Below, one piece after another: positions 25,503-37,002 of a stretch of DNA of 64,000 bases; position 1 is the stretch's first letter; each line of letters begins with the position of its first letter. The stretch is from positions 37,944,001-38,008,000 of the forward strand of contig OX597817.1 of NCBI GenBank assembly GCA_951406725.2, given 5' to 3'. Under the pieces are notes generated by a model. It saw nothing but the letters and a program-made list of their open reading frames with translations. It did not search any database and was not told the origin of the DNA. Origin of the DNA: Octopus vulgaris (lineage: Eukaryota). A program made the position numbers and the translations under genes.

Positions 25503-26468
25503 TAATAATATATTCTTGTATATTCCATCTTCTGTCTTTTATTTGTTATTTATATATATATATATATATTTAAATAAAATGTGTGTATGTGCATGTATCT
25601 ACACTCACACACAACATGGATTGCCACACAGTTTTGACCTAATTCACTGACAAGGCATTGATCAGCCTTTGGCTATCTTAGATGGCACAAACCCAAGATA
25701 CCACAGAGTGGAACTGATCTCACTACTACATGCTTGTTGAGCAAATACCTCAAACACACAACCATGCCTGCACCATGATGGTTAATTCTGCTGCTTCATT
25801 AGTCCAATTATGTTATGTAAGAAAACTACACATCTCTGGTGATAAGTCAGTGTTTTCATTATCTAATTTCCATAATATAACAAATAATCACCTCGTTTTA
25901 ATGAAACCTACTCAAGATGCTGTAACTAAATGTCATATAAACAATCTCTCATGTTTAATTATATTTTCCTCTCTCTTTCTTTCTCTGTACACACATACAC
26001 ACATGGGCAAAAAGCATGGGATGATCAGACCTGGAATGCCTTTTGATCATAGGTCTTTTTGATCAACAACAATCAATTAGCTACAAGTCTACATAGCTCC
26101 TACCCTTGTCTCTCTATACTGTCTACCTACGCACAAACACCCAATATGCATGTAGTAAATGTCTCTTAACTTTATACATGACTAATTCTCTGCATGTTCA
26201 GTCTTGTTGATTTTATACTGTCGTTGAGGCTTCTCTATAATCTATATGTATGCATCATCGTTTTATACTGGCTTTCCATGCTGCCATAGAGTGAACGGGT
26301 CATCAAGGTCTGGTGCAGCTTCTTATTTGGAGTTACTGCCCTTTTAAGATTTGTGCCAGTCAGACTGAAATAAACAAGGTCGATTTGATCAACTGGTAAA
26401 AAACCCTTGATGGTTGTGCCCGTTGAAAACTGAGAGATTATATACATATCTATGTATCTTCGTTTGTA

Positions 26469-26845
26469 TAGGCACAGGAGTGGCTGCGTGGTAAGTGGCT
26501 TGCTAACCAACCACATGGTTCCGGGTTCAGTCCCACTGCGTGTCTTCTGCTATAGCTCCGGGCCGACCAATGCCTTGTGAGTGGATTTGGTAGACGGAAA
26601 CTGAAAGAAGCCTGTCGTATATATGTATATATATATATATATGTATGTGTTTGTCCCCCTAGTATTGCTTGACAACCGATGCTGGTGTGTTTACGTCCCC
26701 GTCACTTAGCGGTTCGGCAAAAGAGACCGATAGAATAAGTACTGGGCTTACAAAGAATAAGTCCCGGGGTCGATTTGCTCAACTAAAGGCGGTGCTCCAG
26801 CATGGCTGCAGTCAAATGACTGAAACAAGTAAAAGAGTAAAGAGT
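26469..26845 (+). mobile_element. SINE family A
   Basis: Sequence similarity to the other copies. Confidence 0.9.
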
Positions 26846-26859
26846 ATATGTTACACTGG

Positions 26860-27082
26860 TAAATATTCTTTTCTACTTTATGCACAAGGCCTGAAATTTT
26901 GGGGGGGCGGGGGCGGGCAAGTCAATTAGATCGACCCCAGTATGTAACTGGTACTTAATTTATCGACCCCGAAAGGATGTAAGGCAAAGTCGACCTCGGT
27001 GGAATTTGAACTCACAACGTAACGACAAACAAACAACGGCTACGCATTTCGCCCGGCGTGCTAACGTTTCTGCCAGCTCGCC
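26860..27082 (-). mobile_element. SINE family B (variant tail)
   Basis: Sequence similarity; head-to-head with the copy at 27266. Confidence 0.85.
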
Positions 27083-27265
27083 ATACATACATACATACAA
27101 ATACCAGTATATCAGCAAGATAAGCATTTAAAGCATTGAAAAATCAAATATAGACATTAGAAAGTGGTGGTAGTGGTGGAGGGAACTAATTGAACGTTAA
27201 TAAGTCCAAAGCAGTTAAGTTGTTGTGTGGAAGGAGTATATCTGACAATATTTACCAGAGTAACA

Positions 27266-27496
27266 AGGCGGTGAGCTGGCAGAAATGTTAGCACACCGGG
27301 CAAAATGCTTAGCAGTATTTCATCTGTCTTTACGTTCTGAGTTCAAATTCTGCCAAGGTCGACTTTGCATTTCATCCTTTCGGGGTCGATAAATTAAGTA
27401 CCAGTTATGCACTGGGGTCGATGTAATCGACTTAATACCTATTTCTGTCCTTGTTTGTCCCCTCTGTGTTTAGCCCCTTGTGGGTAATAAAGAAAT
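27266..27496 (+). mobile_element. SINE family B
   Basis: Sequence similarity to the other copies. Confidence 0.88.
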
Positions 27497-27556
27497 ATGT
27501 ATGTATGTATTTGTGTACAGGATACATGTGTGTGTATGTGTATATATACTCATATA

Positions 27557-27955
27557 TAGGCGTAGGAGTGGCTGTGTGGTAAGTAGCTTGCTTACCAACC
27601 ACATGGTTCTGGGTTCAGTCCCACTGTGTGGCAGCTTGGGCAAGTATCTTCTACTATAGCCTCGAGCCAACCAAAGCCTTGTGAGTGGATTTGGTAGACA
27701 GAAACTGAAAGAAGCTCGTCGTATATATGTATATGTATGTGTGTGTATATGTTTGTGTGTCTGTTTCCACCACCATCACTTGACAACCAATGCTGGTGTG
27801 TTTACTTCCCCGTAACTTAGCAGTTCGGCAAAAAGAGACCGATAGAATAAGTACTAGGCTTACAAAGAATAAGTCCTGGGGTCAGTTTGCTCGACTAAAA
27901 GGCGGTGCTCCAGCATGGCCACAGTCAAATGACTGAAACAAGTAAAAGAGTAAAT
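27557..27955 (+). mobile_element. SINE family A
   Basis: Sequence similarity to the other copies. Confidence 0.9.
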
Positions 27956-28907
27956 AGTATACATATATGTACAGCCAAAGGTGTACAAAAATACACATAC
28001 ACACATTTGAAGAAAGAAAAAAAATTTATCCTTTTAGTTTAAAGAGAAAGGGCAATGCCCATGACCTTTTTCATGTCCTCTGAGAATGGTGTAAAGAAGG
28101 AAGGAAGGAGGTTCTCCCAGAGTAGACTGGAGACCCACTTTGCATGTATCCAATAGAATGGACTCCACTTCAGGTGTGCCCAAGCACTAGATGGTTGTAG
28201 TGAATTAGGCGATGGGTTACGACTGCCTCAAAAGATTGGGACGGTAACTCCAGTAACTCTGACAGGCTTCCACTAACAGTATCTATCATCACCATCACCA
28301 TCATCATCAGTATATATCTTTCATATTTCACAAGTCTTCAGTTATCCCAAAGCCATAGTTGAAGACACGTATCCAAATTACTGCACAGAAGCACTGTATT
28401 TGAAACTGCTTAGTTGAAAAGCAGACTTATACACACAGCCATGATCTTCCTCACATATGCACACAATGGTAATTACAGAAATAATTGATATAGTCACCCA
28501 CATCCAACATTATTTATTCTTTTGTTTGTTTGTTTTTATTTTTACATGTGTTTTTCCAAGTTAGCATGAGTTAGATGAATATATTATTGAAGTCAACCTT
28601 TACCTGTTTTTCGTGTAAAAGTTCTCTAATTGCACTCAACTTTGAAAGTGTAGTCAGGGTAATGACAACAATGTCACTTGCTTACAGCCAATGATTTTTG
28701 AGAAGCAGAAATGTATAAATATACACGTGTACACACACTCATAAGCACACACACACACACACACACTTATATGTTGCCATACCTTATATATCTGCTTCCA
28801 CTCTCAACCACCTTTCACATTTATCAACAGCTGACCCACCCACCTTTGTCCCTCCCTTACTATAACCACCACTCTGTACCTTTGATTTCCATCTCAGTCT
28901 TTGTACA

Positions 28908-28939
<32 letters not shown>

Positions 28940-28940
28940 C

Positions 28941-28993
<53 letters not shown>

Positions 28994-29820
28994 CTGCTGC
29001 AGTCACGTGCCACTATTTTCTTATCTATCTAGGTTTATAATATTGCTGCTCTCTGCTCTTCTTGTATTCACCCCAATCTTGAGAGATTTCTTTTGCTTCA
29101 CCCCCATACTGACATTTGCCATTGACCACACTGCTACCCTGGTACATCATTCACTATATTAACGTTTACCTGCCACCATCTCTAACCACCTGTCACTCTC
29201 TACCTATACCTGTTATGAACTTGTCCATCCCCACTCCTGACCTTTAGTCCATATTTTCTTTTACACTCACCTCCATGTACCTGGAGAGTATGCTCTTACT
29301 CCTTATCACCAACATCTTTATCTACTCCCACTCACTCCCCTGAAATGTAAGAAGCTTTATATTTCTTCTGTGGAGATCTATCTAATGCTAGTGTCGCACA
29401 AAAAAAAATGTCCCCAGTAAAATTTATAGTTGTTGCTGTTAGAGAGGGTATGCAGTAGCAGAAGTTATGCCAAAGCAGACATTGGAGCTCAACACAGTCC
29501 TCCAGTTCATTGGATCCTATCAAATCACTCAGTCCATTCTAGCATGGAAAGTAGATATTAAATGATGATGATGATCATCATCATCATTTAACACCCGCTG
29601 AAGATATATTATATATATGTACAGTTTCTGCCTACTATCAAATTCAAAACTTGCAAGAGATAGCAGCCAAATCACACCCCACTGTTTTTTAGGGTGTTTT
29701 TAGACATGTCACTGTCTATATATATATATATATATATATGTATACATATATATATATATGGTATAATATATGTATATATATATGGAGAGAGAGAGATAGA
29801 TAGATAGATATAGATATGAG

Positions 29821-30312
29821 GAGGTGCAATGGCTGAGTGGTTAGGGCAGTGGACTCGTGGTTGTAGGATCGCGGTATTGATTCCCAGACTGAGCATTGCG
29901 AGTGTTTATTGAGCGAAAACACCTAAAGCTCCACAAGGCTCCAGCGGGGGTGGGGGTGAACCCTGCTGTACTCTTTCACCACAACTTTCTCTCACTCTTT
30001 CTTCCTGTTTCTGTTGTACCTGTAATTCAAAGGCAGCCAGCCTTGTCACACTCTGTGTCACGCTGAATCTCCCTGAGAACTATGTTAAGGGTACATGTGT
30101 CTGTGGAGTGCTCAGCCACTTGCACATTAATTTCATGAGTTGCGACGTCACTGGTGCCAAACTGTATTGGCCTTTGCCTCTCCCTTGGATAACATCAGTG
30201 GAGAGGGGAGGCTGGAATGCATGGGCAACTGCTGGTCTTCCATAAACAACCTTCCCTGGACTTGTGCCTAGGAGGGTAATTTTCTAGGTGCAATCTCATG
30301 GTCATTCATGGT
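29821..30312 (+). mobile_element. SINE group C, chimeric
   Basis: Head as in 36177, middle as in 11262, distinct 3' part. Confidence 0.8.
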
Positions 30313-30331
30313 CACAACAATATATACATAG

Positions 30332-30372
<41 letters not shown>

Positions 30373-30440
30373 AGTTGTACTATACTCCATGTATAGTACA
30401 ACTGTTTTTTTTTGTGCTTGTTTATGAGCTAAGGAGTAAT

Positions 30441-31008
30441 AAAAAAAATTTTTTTGTAGAAGATAAAAATTTCAGTTGTCAGTATTTTATATCCAAAAAC
30501 GAAATTCTTCTTACAGTGATTTATAAGATTTGGATAGGATACATGTTGATGTTAAAAATTCAAATAATAAAAAGATGATAAAAAATATAATAAAAATAAT
30601 AAGGTATAAAATGTAAATGAAGTAAGATATAAAAACATGAAAACCGTGTATCCATGTGCAGACACATGTATTTGGCTCCTTAATATTTTCTGAAATGGCC
30701 ATAGGTTTTTAACTGATTTGTACTTATCACAGTTTTTAACTGACTTTTACCTTCCTGATAACTCGTATTACTGAACTCTATTCTCCTTCGAATACATGTA
30801 TTTGCACAAGTATACACGGTTTTCATGTTCTTAAATCTTACTTCATTTACATTTTATATCTTATTTCTATTATATTTTTTTTATCTTTTATTATTTGAAT
30901 TTTTAATATGAATATGTATCCCATCCAAGTCTTATAAATCAATTTAAGCACGATTACATTATCGAATGTAAAGTACTGAAATTTTTATTTTCTACAAAAA
31001 ATATTTTT
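30441..31008. repeat. Diverged long inverted repeat: ~220-230-bp arms, ~115-bp spacer
   Basis: e.g. AAATGTAAATGAAGTAAGAT vs ATCTTACTTCATTTACATTT; AAAACCGTGTAT vs ATACACGGTTTT. Confidence 0.9.
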
Positions 31009-31027
31009 ATGTGTGTGTGTGTGTATG

Positions 31028-31077
<50 letters not shown>

Positions 31078-31904
31078 TATATATATATATGAAATAATGG
31101 TGTCATTGAGACCCAAAGGTGTCAGGTAATGCTGAATAAGTGCTATAGACAGACCATAGTTAAGTTCCAGTTTCGGTAATATATAAAAACCTTTGACTCG
31201 GCAACACTGTATATAAATTCTCTACTGGGAATGACCAAGTTTAAAAATCTGCTGGATCTCACTCATAAGGGAATCTTACATTGCTTATAAGCTCTATATT
31301 TGGAAGGACTCATATTAAATTCTGTTGGACTTTACTCATAGGATATTAGAATATTGCATATATACCATTATGCCTAAAAAATGGATTTACAACTTCAATA
31401 CCCATACATATCTTGCATCTATTTTTTTTCCTCCACCTCACTCTCTATTTTATATCACATCTAAACTATTACTTAACTATCCTCTCACACAGTCTCCAAT
31501 GAAGGGATATAATTACCAAATATCCTAGAAACAGCTGTAAGACCTATCTATAAATGCTCTAATATCTACACAGCCTTGGTTTTTTTTTATCTTATTACGC
31601 AAAAAATTCTTATATATATCATCATCATCATCATCATCGTTTAACGTCCGTTCTCCATGCTAGCATGGGTTGGACGGTTCGACCGGGGTTCTGGGAAGCC
31701 AGATGGCTGCACCAGGCTCCAGTCTAATCTGGCAATGTTTCTACAGCTGGATGCCCTTCCTAACGCCAACCACTCCGTGAGTGTAGTGGGTGCTTTTTAC
31801 GTGCCACCTGCACAGGTGCCAGGCGGGGCTGGCAACGGCCACGGTCAGATTGGTGTATTTTATGTGCCACCGGCACGGAAGCCAGTCGAGGCGGTGCTGG
31901 CATC

Positions 31905-32360
31905 GGCCACGAGTCGGATAGTGCTTTTTACATACCACCAGACCAGGGATCCTGGCTGGTTCAATTCGATTTCGCTTTCGCTTGCCCCAACATGTCTTCA
32001 CAAGCAAAGGGGGTTGGCAAGGGTGCCTGTCGTACGGTCGCATTGGAGTATTTTACGTGCCACGGCCACGAGTTGGATAGTGCTTTTTACGTACCACCAG
32101 ACCAGGGATCCTGGCTGGTTCAATTCGATTTCGATTTCGCTTGCCCCAACATGTCTTCACAAGCAAAGGGGTTGGCATGGGTGCCTGTCGTACGGTCGCA
32201 TTGGAGTATTTTACGTGCCACGGCCACGAGTCGGATAGTGCTTTTTACGTACCACCAGGCCAGGGATCCTGGCTGGTTCAATTCGGTTTCGATTTCGATT
32301 TCGCTTGCCCCAACATGTCTTCGCAAGCATGGGGGGTTGGCATGGGTGTCTGTCGTCGGA
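31905..32360. repeat. ~158-bp tandem repeat (about 3 copies) in the RTE 3'UTR
   Basis: Unit GGCCACGAGT(C/T)GGATAGTGCTTTTTAC... starts at 31905, 32064 and 32222. Confidence 0.9.
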
Positions 32361-32439
32361 TGAGGTTCTATATCGACTTCGCTTGCCTCAACCGGTCTTT
32401 GTGTCCAAGGGAGGAAAGGCATTCATAAGTGGGCTGGGC

Positions 32440-35400
32440 TCACTTGTCCTGCCTGGTCTTCTCACGTACAGAATATTTCCAAAGGTCTCGGTCTCTGGTC
32501 ATTTCCTCAGTGAGGCCTAAAGTTCGAAGGTCGTGCTTCACCACCTCGTCCCAGGTTTTCCTGGGTCTACCTCTTCCACGGGTTCCCTCAACTGCTAGGG
32601 ATTGGCACTTTCTCACACACCTATCTTCATCCATTCTCGCCACATGACCATACCAGCGCAATCGTCTCTCTTGCACACCACAACTGATGCTTCTTAGGTA
32701 CAACATTTCTCTCAAGGTGCTAACGCTCTGTCGAGTATGTACACTGACATTACACATCCATCGGAGCATACTGGCTTCATTCCTCACGAGCTTACGCATG
32801 TCCTCAGCAGTCACGGCCCATGTTTCGCTGCCATGTAGCATGGCTGTTCGTACACACGCATCATACAGTCTGCCTTTTACTCTGAGCGAGAGGCCTTTAG
32901 TCACCAGCAGAGGTAAGAGCTCCCTAAACTTTGCCCAGGCTATTCTTATTCTAGCAGTTACACTTTCAGCGCACCCACCCCCACTACTGACTTGGTCACC
33001 TAGATAACGGAAGCTATCAACTACTTCTAGTTTTTCCCCCTGGAAAGTGACGGAAGTTGTTTTCTGCAGATTTTCGGAGGTTAATGCTCCCGAGCATCTG
33101 CCACATACAAAAACTATCTTCCCAGTTAGCCTACCTTTGACATTGCTGCACCTCTTATGTGTCCATAGCTTACACTGGGTACATCTTATAGAGTTTCTAC
33201 CTACACCTTTTCTACAGATCGAGCAGGGCCATCTTCCTGAAGATATTTGTGGGTTGTCTACCTTTCTACTTATTAGTACTTTGGTTTTAGCTAGGTTGAC
33301 TCTAAGGCCCCTTGATTCTAAACCCTCCTTCCACACCTGGAACTTCTCCTCCAGTTCTGATAGTGACTCAGCAATAAGAGCAAGGTCGTCAGCGTAGAGG
33401 AGCTCCCAGGGACAGCCTGTCTTGACTTCCTCCGTAATTGCCTGGAGTACTATGATAAATAGGAGGGGGCTGAGTACTGAACCCTGGTGGACCCCAACCT
33501 CTACTTTGAATTCTTCTGTGTACATGTTGCCAACCCTAACCTTACTTACGGCATCTCTGTACATGGCTTGCACAGTCCTCACCAGCCATTCATCTATCCC
33601 TAGTTTCCTCATTGACCACCAGATAAGGGATCGGGGGACCCTATCAAAAGCTTTCTCCATGTCAACGAAAGCCAGGTACAGGGGCTTATCTTTGGCTAGG
33701 TATTTCTCCTGCAGCTGCCTTACCAGGAATATAGCATCAGTGGTACTTTTCCCTGGCAAGAACCCAAACTGCATCTCATCTAAACTAACTCTCTCTCTAA
33801 TTAGTTGGGCTATGACCCTCTCCGTAACCTTCATTACTTGATCCAACAGCTTGATACCTCTGTAATTATTTGTATCTAGGGCATCACCTTTACCTTTGTA
33901 GCAGTTGACTAGTATGCTGCTGCACCAGTCATTGGGTATGACTCCTTCGTGTATCACCTGGTTGACTATACGGGTGACTAGGTTATAGCCGACACTGCCA
34001 GATATTTTGAGCATCTCTGCAGTAATTCCTGATGGGCCTGGGGCTTTCCCTGTCTTCATGCTTCTAATTGCCTTAGCTACCACGGAACTATCAACTCGGA
34101 TAGCTGGTCCCTCTGTAGGGTCAACATTCGGCAAACTCTCTTTATCCCATTCATTTTCCTCATTCAGTAACCTTTCATAGTGGCGTCTCCAAGCTTCTCT
34201 CTTTGCATCCTCATTTAGCGCAAGTGAACCATCCTCCATGCGAACACATTTCTCTCCTACCACATCACGATTCTCTCTCACACACTGTCTTGCAACACGA
34301 AATACCTCAAGTCTTTCATCCTCACGGCGCAGGACATTGGCAAATTTTCTCTTATCTGCTTCCCCTCTGGCTAGATAGACCTGTCTCCTAGCTTCCCTTC
34401 TGGCAGTCTGATACCCTTCCCTGCTACCACCGTTCTTCCAGGCCTTCCAAGCCTGTTTCTTTTGTCTAATAGCCCTGTCAACAATATTGTTCCACCACCA
34501 CGTTATTTTGGGTCTTAAGGGGACTTTGCACCAGCCACAGATCTGGTCAGCGGCTTTCAGCAGGTTGTCCCTCAGAAACGTCCAGTTGTCTTCTACCCCA
34601 TGTGTAGCTATACCCCCTTCCACTTCGTCAAAGGCTTCAAGTAACATATCTCTAAATCTCTGTCCATTCGCAGGGGCTTTAAGCTTCCAGACCCTTCTTC
34701 TCCATGTTGGTCGTCTTCTAGTCGCCCTCTTAGTCCTGATCCTAAAGTCACTAACTACCAGTCTATGTTGTGGGGTGCATTCTTCGCCTGGGAAGGTTTT
34801 GGCATTTATAAGCAGCCATCTTTCCCTTTTTCTGGCAAGGATGTAGTCGATTTGGCTAGTATGCCGGCCCGATCGGTAGGTGACCAGGTGGCTTGTTGGT
34901 TTCCTGAAGTTAGTGTTGCAGACCATAAGACTATTCGCATCGCAGAACTCCAGCAGCCTGGTTCCCTCCTCGTTGCGGGAACCATAACCGTAGCCTCCAT
35001 GTACGCCATGGAAGCCCCCAGCATGTCGTCCAACATGCCCATTGAAATCACCAGCCACAAAGAGAAGGTCCCTGTCGTTCGTCGATGAGGTGGTCTGCAG
35101 TAGGGTGTCATAGAAACTGTCTTTCTGTCCATCGGGTAGCCCTGGCTGAGGGGCATAGGCCGATATAATGGTTGCTAATCTATTATGAAGCACTATTCTA
35201 ATCTTAAGTATTCTGTCACTTACTCTGATTACCTCAATTACTCTATCTATCCATTTCTCAGCGATAAGTATACCCATGCCACCAACCCCGTCAGTGTTCC
35301 CTGCCCAGAAAATCTTGTACCTGTGTTCCTTGCCTGTGAGGACCCTAGCAGATCCTCCTCTCCACCTTATTTCTTGCATACAACATACATCAACACGTCT

Positions 35401-35562
35401 CCGTTCAAGCATCTCGACTATCTCGCCAGACCTACCTTTCAGTGTGCCAACGTTGAGGGTGCCCACCCTGAGGGTGTGGGAGGTGTGGGCCTCTGAGACC
35501 CTGGGATGAGGGACAGCAGTGTTATGTACCTGAAAAGAAAGCTTGCATTTGCCAGATATCAT
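32440..35562 (-). CDS. RTE-clade LINE ORF, 1040 aa: APE endonuclease + reverse transcriptase + PHD-type finger
   Basis: Uninterrupted ORF. Endonuclease motifs TLNVGTL, MQE, AGDFNGH, QIDYIL, QHRLV; RT motifs NYRGIKLL, QFGF, FVDMEKAFD, GVHQGSVLSP, YADD (33385-33396); C-terminal RLRWYGHV..GRGRPRKTW typical of RTE. Confidence 0.96.
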   Translation of the reverse strand: MISGKCKLSFQVHNTAVPHPRVSEAHTSHTLRVGTLNVGTLKGRSGEIVEMLERRRVDVCCMQEIRWRGGSARVLTGKEHRYKIFWAGNTDGVGGMGILIAEKWIDRVIEVIRVSDRILKIRIVLHNRLATIISAYAPQPGLPDGQKDSFYDTLLQTTSSTNDRDLLFVAGDFNGHVGRHAGGFHGVHGGYGYGSRNEEGTRLLEFCDANSLMVCNTNFRKPTSHLVTYRSGRHTSQIDYILARKRERWLLINAKTFPGEECTPQHRLVVSDFRIRTKRATRRRPTWRRRVWKLKAPANGQRFRDMLLEAFDEVEGGIATHGVEDNWTFLRDNLLKAADQICGWCKVPLRPKITWWWNNIVDRAIRQKKQAWKAWKNGGSREGYQTARREARRQVYLARGEADKRKFANVLRREDERLEVFRVARQCVRENRDVVGEKCVRMEDGSLALNEDAKREAWRRHYERLLNEENEWDKESLPNVDPTEGPAIRVDSSVVAKAIRSMKTGKAPGPSGITAEMLKISGSVGYNLVTRIVNQVIHEGVIPNDWCSSILVNCYKGKGDALDTNNYRGIKLLDQVMKVTERVIAQLIRERVSLDEMQFGFLPGKSTTDAIFLVRQLQEKYLAKDKPLYLAFVDMEKAFDRVPRSLIWWSMRKLGIDEWLVRTVQAMYRDAVSKVRVGNMYTEEFKVEVGVHQGSVLSPLLFIIVLQAITEEVKTGCPWELLYADDLALIAESLSELEEKFQVWKEGLESRGLRVNLAKTKVLISRKVDNPQISSGRWPCSICRKGVGRNSIRCTQCKLWTHKRCSNVKGRLTGKIVFVCGRCSGALTSENLQKTTSVTFQGEKLEVVDSFRYLGDQVSSGGGCAESVTARIRIAWAKFRELLPLLVTKGLSLRVKGRLYDACVRTAMLHGSETWAVTAEDMRKLVRNEASMLRWMCNVSVHTRQSVSTLREMLYLRSISCGVQERRLRWYGHVARMDEDRCVRKCQSLAVEGTRGRGRPRKTWDEVVKHDLRTLGLTEEMTRDRDLWKYSVREKTRQDK

Positions 35563-36176
35563 ACTGAGACTCTAGACTACAACCTGCATAAATTTCACAG
35601 TTTTTGCGCTATATGATCACAATAAACCCTACATAGGGGTGCGGGGGGGGGGGTCAAGAGAGATAGAAAACAGAAACTTCCGGTTCTGGTGGATGGGTGG
35701 GAGGGCGGGGTCACCTCGAAGGAACAACAGGTTTTAAGTTAATACGTAGGGAATTTTCTGTGACAGAAATTACTGAGCATCTAGAAACTTCGGGGTTCGA
35801 TTAAAACATAATATAACAGGAGAGAGAGAGAATATTGTAGTGAATTCTGGGGATGGAATAACAACGGGATGACACTGAAATTAAAGGAGGAATTTAAAAT
35901 GCATGACAGACAGGAAGCCATGCATACAAGATGGCGAAATAAATAATAGAGAAACGGGATTTAGAGTTACGAATCAACGCTTAAAAAATGAATATGAATG
36001 ACAGGTTGTAAGTTAAATTCGCTTAGCTGGTCATTTTTCGAGTCAGTGTTTTGTCAGCAAGATGTAGAATCGAGAAGAGGGACGAGATAAATCGAACACT
36101 GCTTTATAAAGAGTTAGGGATTTGGGGGGAGGGATTATCAGGTGGAAGCATGAGGAAAGAGAGAGGGGGGAAGGAA

Positions 36177-36483
36177 GGCGCAATGGCCCTGTGGTTAGGG
36201 CAGCGGACTCGCGGTTGTAGGATCGCGGTTTCGATTCCCAGACTGGGCGTTGTGAGTGTTTATTGAGCGAAAACACCTAAAGCTCTACGAGGCTCCGGCA
36301 GGGGGTGGTGGTGATCCATGCTGTACTCTTTCACCACAACTTACTCTCACTCTTTCTTCTGTTGGCCTGCTCGCTTAGCCAGCGGGGTGGCATCATTTGG
36401 AGGCTAAACCAATGCGAAGTGCATTGTGACCAGCGATGTGTAGCAACATCTGATAGCCTGGTTGGTCACGGTGATCACGGTGA
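36177..36483 (+). mobile_element. SINE group C (36177 type)
   Basis: A box TGGCCCTGTGG, B box GTTTCGATTCC; ends in GGTGATCACGGTGAT. Confidence 0.85.
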
Positions 36484-36627
36484 TATATATAATGTGTGTG
36501 CACTTGTTTGTATTTACTTCAACTCACTACTTGATAGCTAATCTTGGGTGAATGTGCACTGAGACAAACACGCACACATAGAAAAACCTGTAATCAAGTT
36601 AGATAATATGTAGTACTACATGGTAAA

Positions 36628-37002
36628 TAAGAGCACTGAGAGGGCGCAAACCTCCACCAAAGCAATACCAACATCCTCTCAATGATTAGCTAGAGATGAT
36701 TTTTAAAATGAGAATGTCCAAAATAAACTCAACTGCTCTCACAAATGAGAATACTAAAAATGAAACCTGACTGCTTTCAAAAGTTAAGTAAAAAGCAGGA
36801 AAAATAATCCAGTATCTTTGTCCAGTACTGGATCAATCCCAAAATCTAATCAGTTCGTTCCAGTCACAAGGCCAAACATCCCTAAAAATTTAATCCGAAT
36901 CTATCCTGCAGGTCTTGATATATCTTATCCACAGATAAACAAACAAACTAACAAACACGACTGAAAACAATACCCCTGCCTTCGTTAAGGTGGAGGTAAT
37001 AA
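36628..37002 (-). mobile_element. Helentron-associated non-autonomous element (HINE/DINE-1-like)
   Basis: 5' TTATTACCTCCACC, (TTTG)n microsatellite, 3' subTIR GGTGGAGGT followed by a GCGCCCTCTCAGTGC hairpin and T-rich end. Confidence 0.75.

Larger units (their letters stand above)
31620..36170 (-). mobile_element. Near full-length RTE LINE: (GAT)n tail at 31620, ~820 bp 3'UTR, ORF, GC-richer 5' region; 5' boundary uncertain
   Basis: The 3' terminus matches the many short RTE 3' fragments in the window. No TSD identified. Confidence 0.88.

Noticed and set aside
31657-32428. 193-aa and overlapping ORFs with internal repeats
   Set aside because: Antisense reading of the tandemly repeated RTE 3'UTR.
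32687-35509. Multiple + strand ORFs of 60-140 aa
   Set aside because: Antisense shadows of the RTE ORF.
36177-36250. tRNA-like sequences (also 11262, 29821, 55015 and the SINE A/B heads)
   Set aside because: A/B boxes are present but there is no complete cloverleaf, and they continue into SINE bodies; not tRNA genes.
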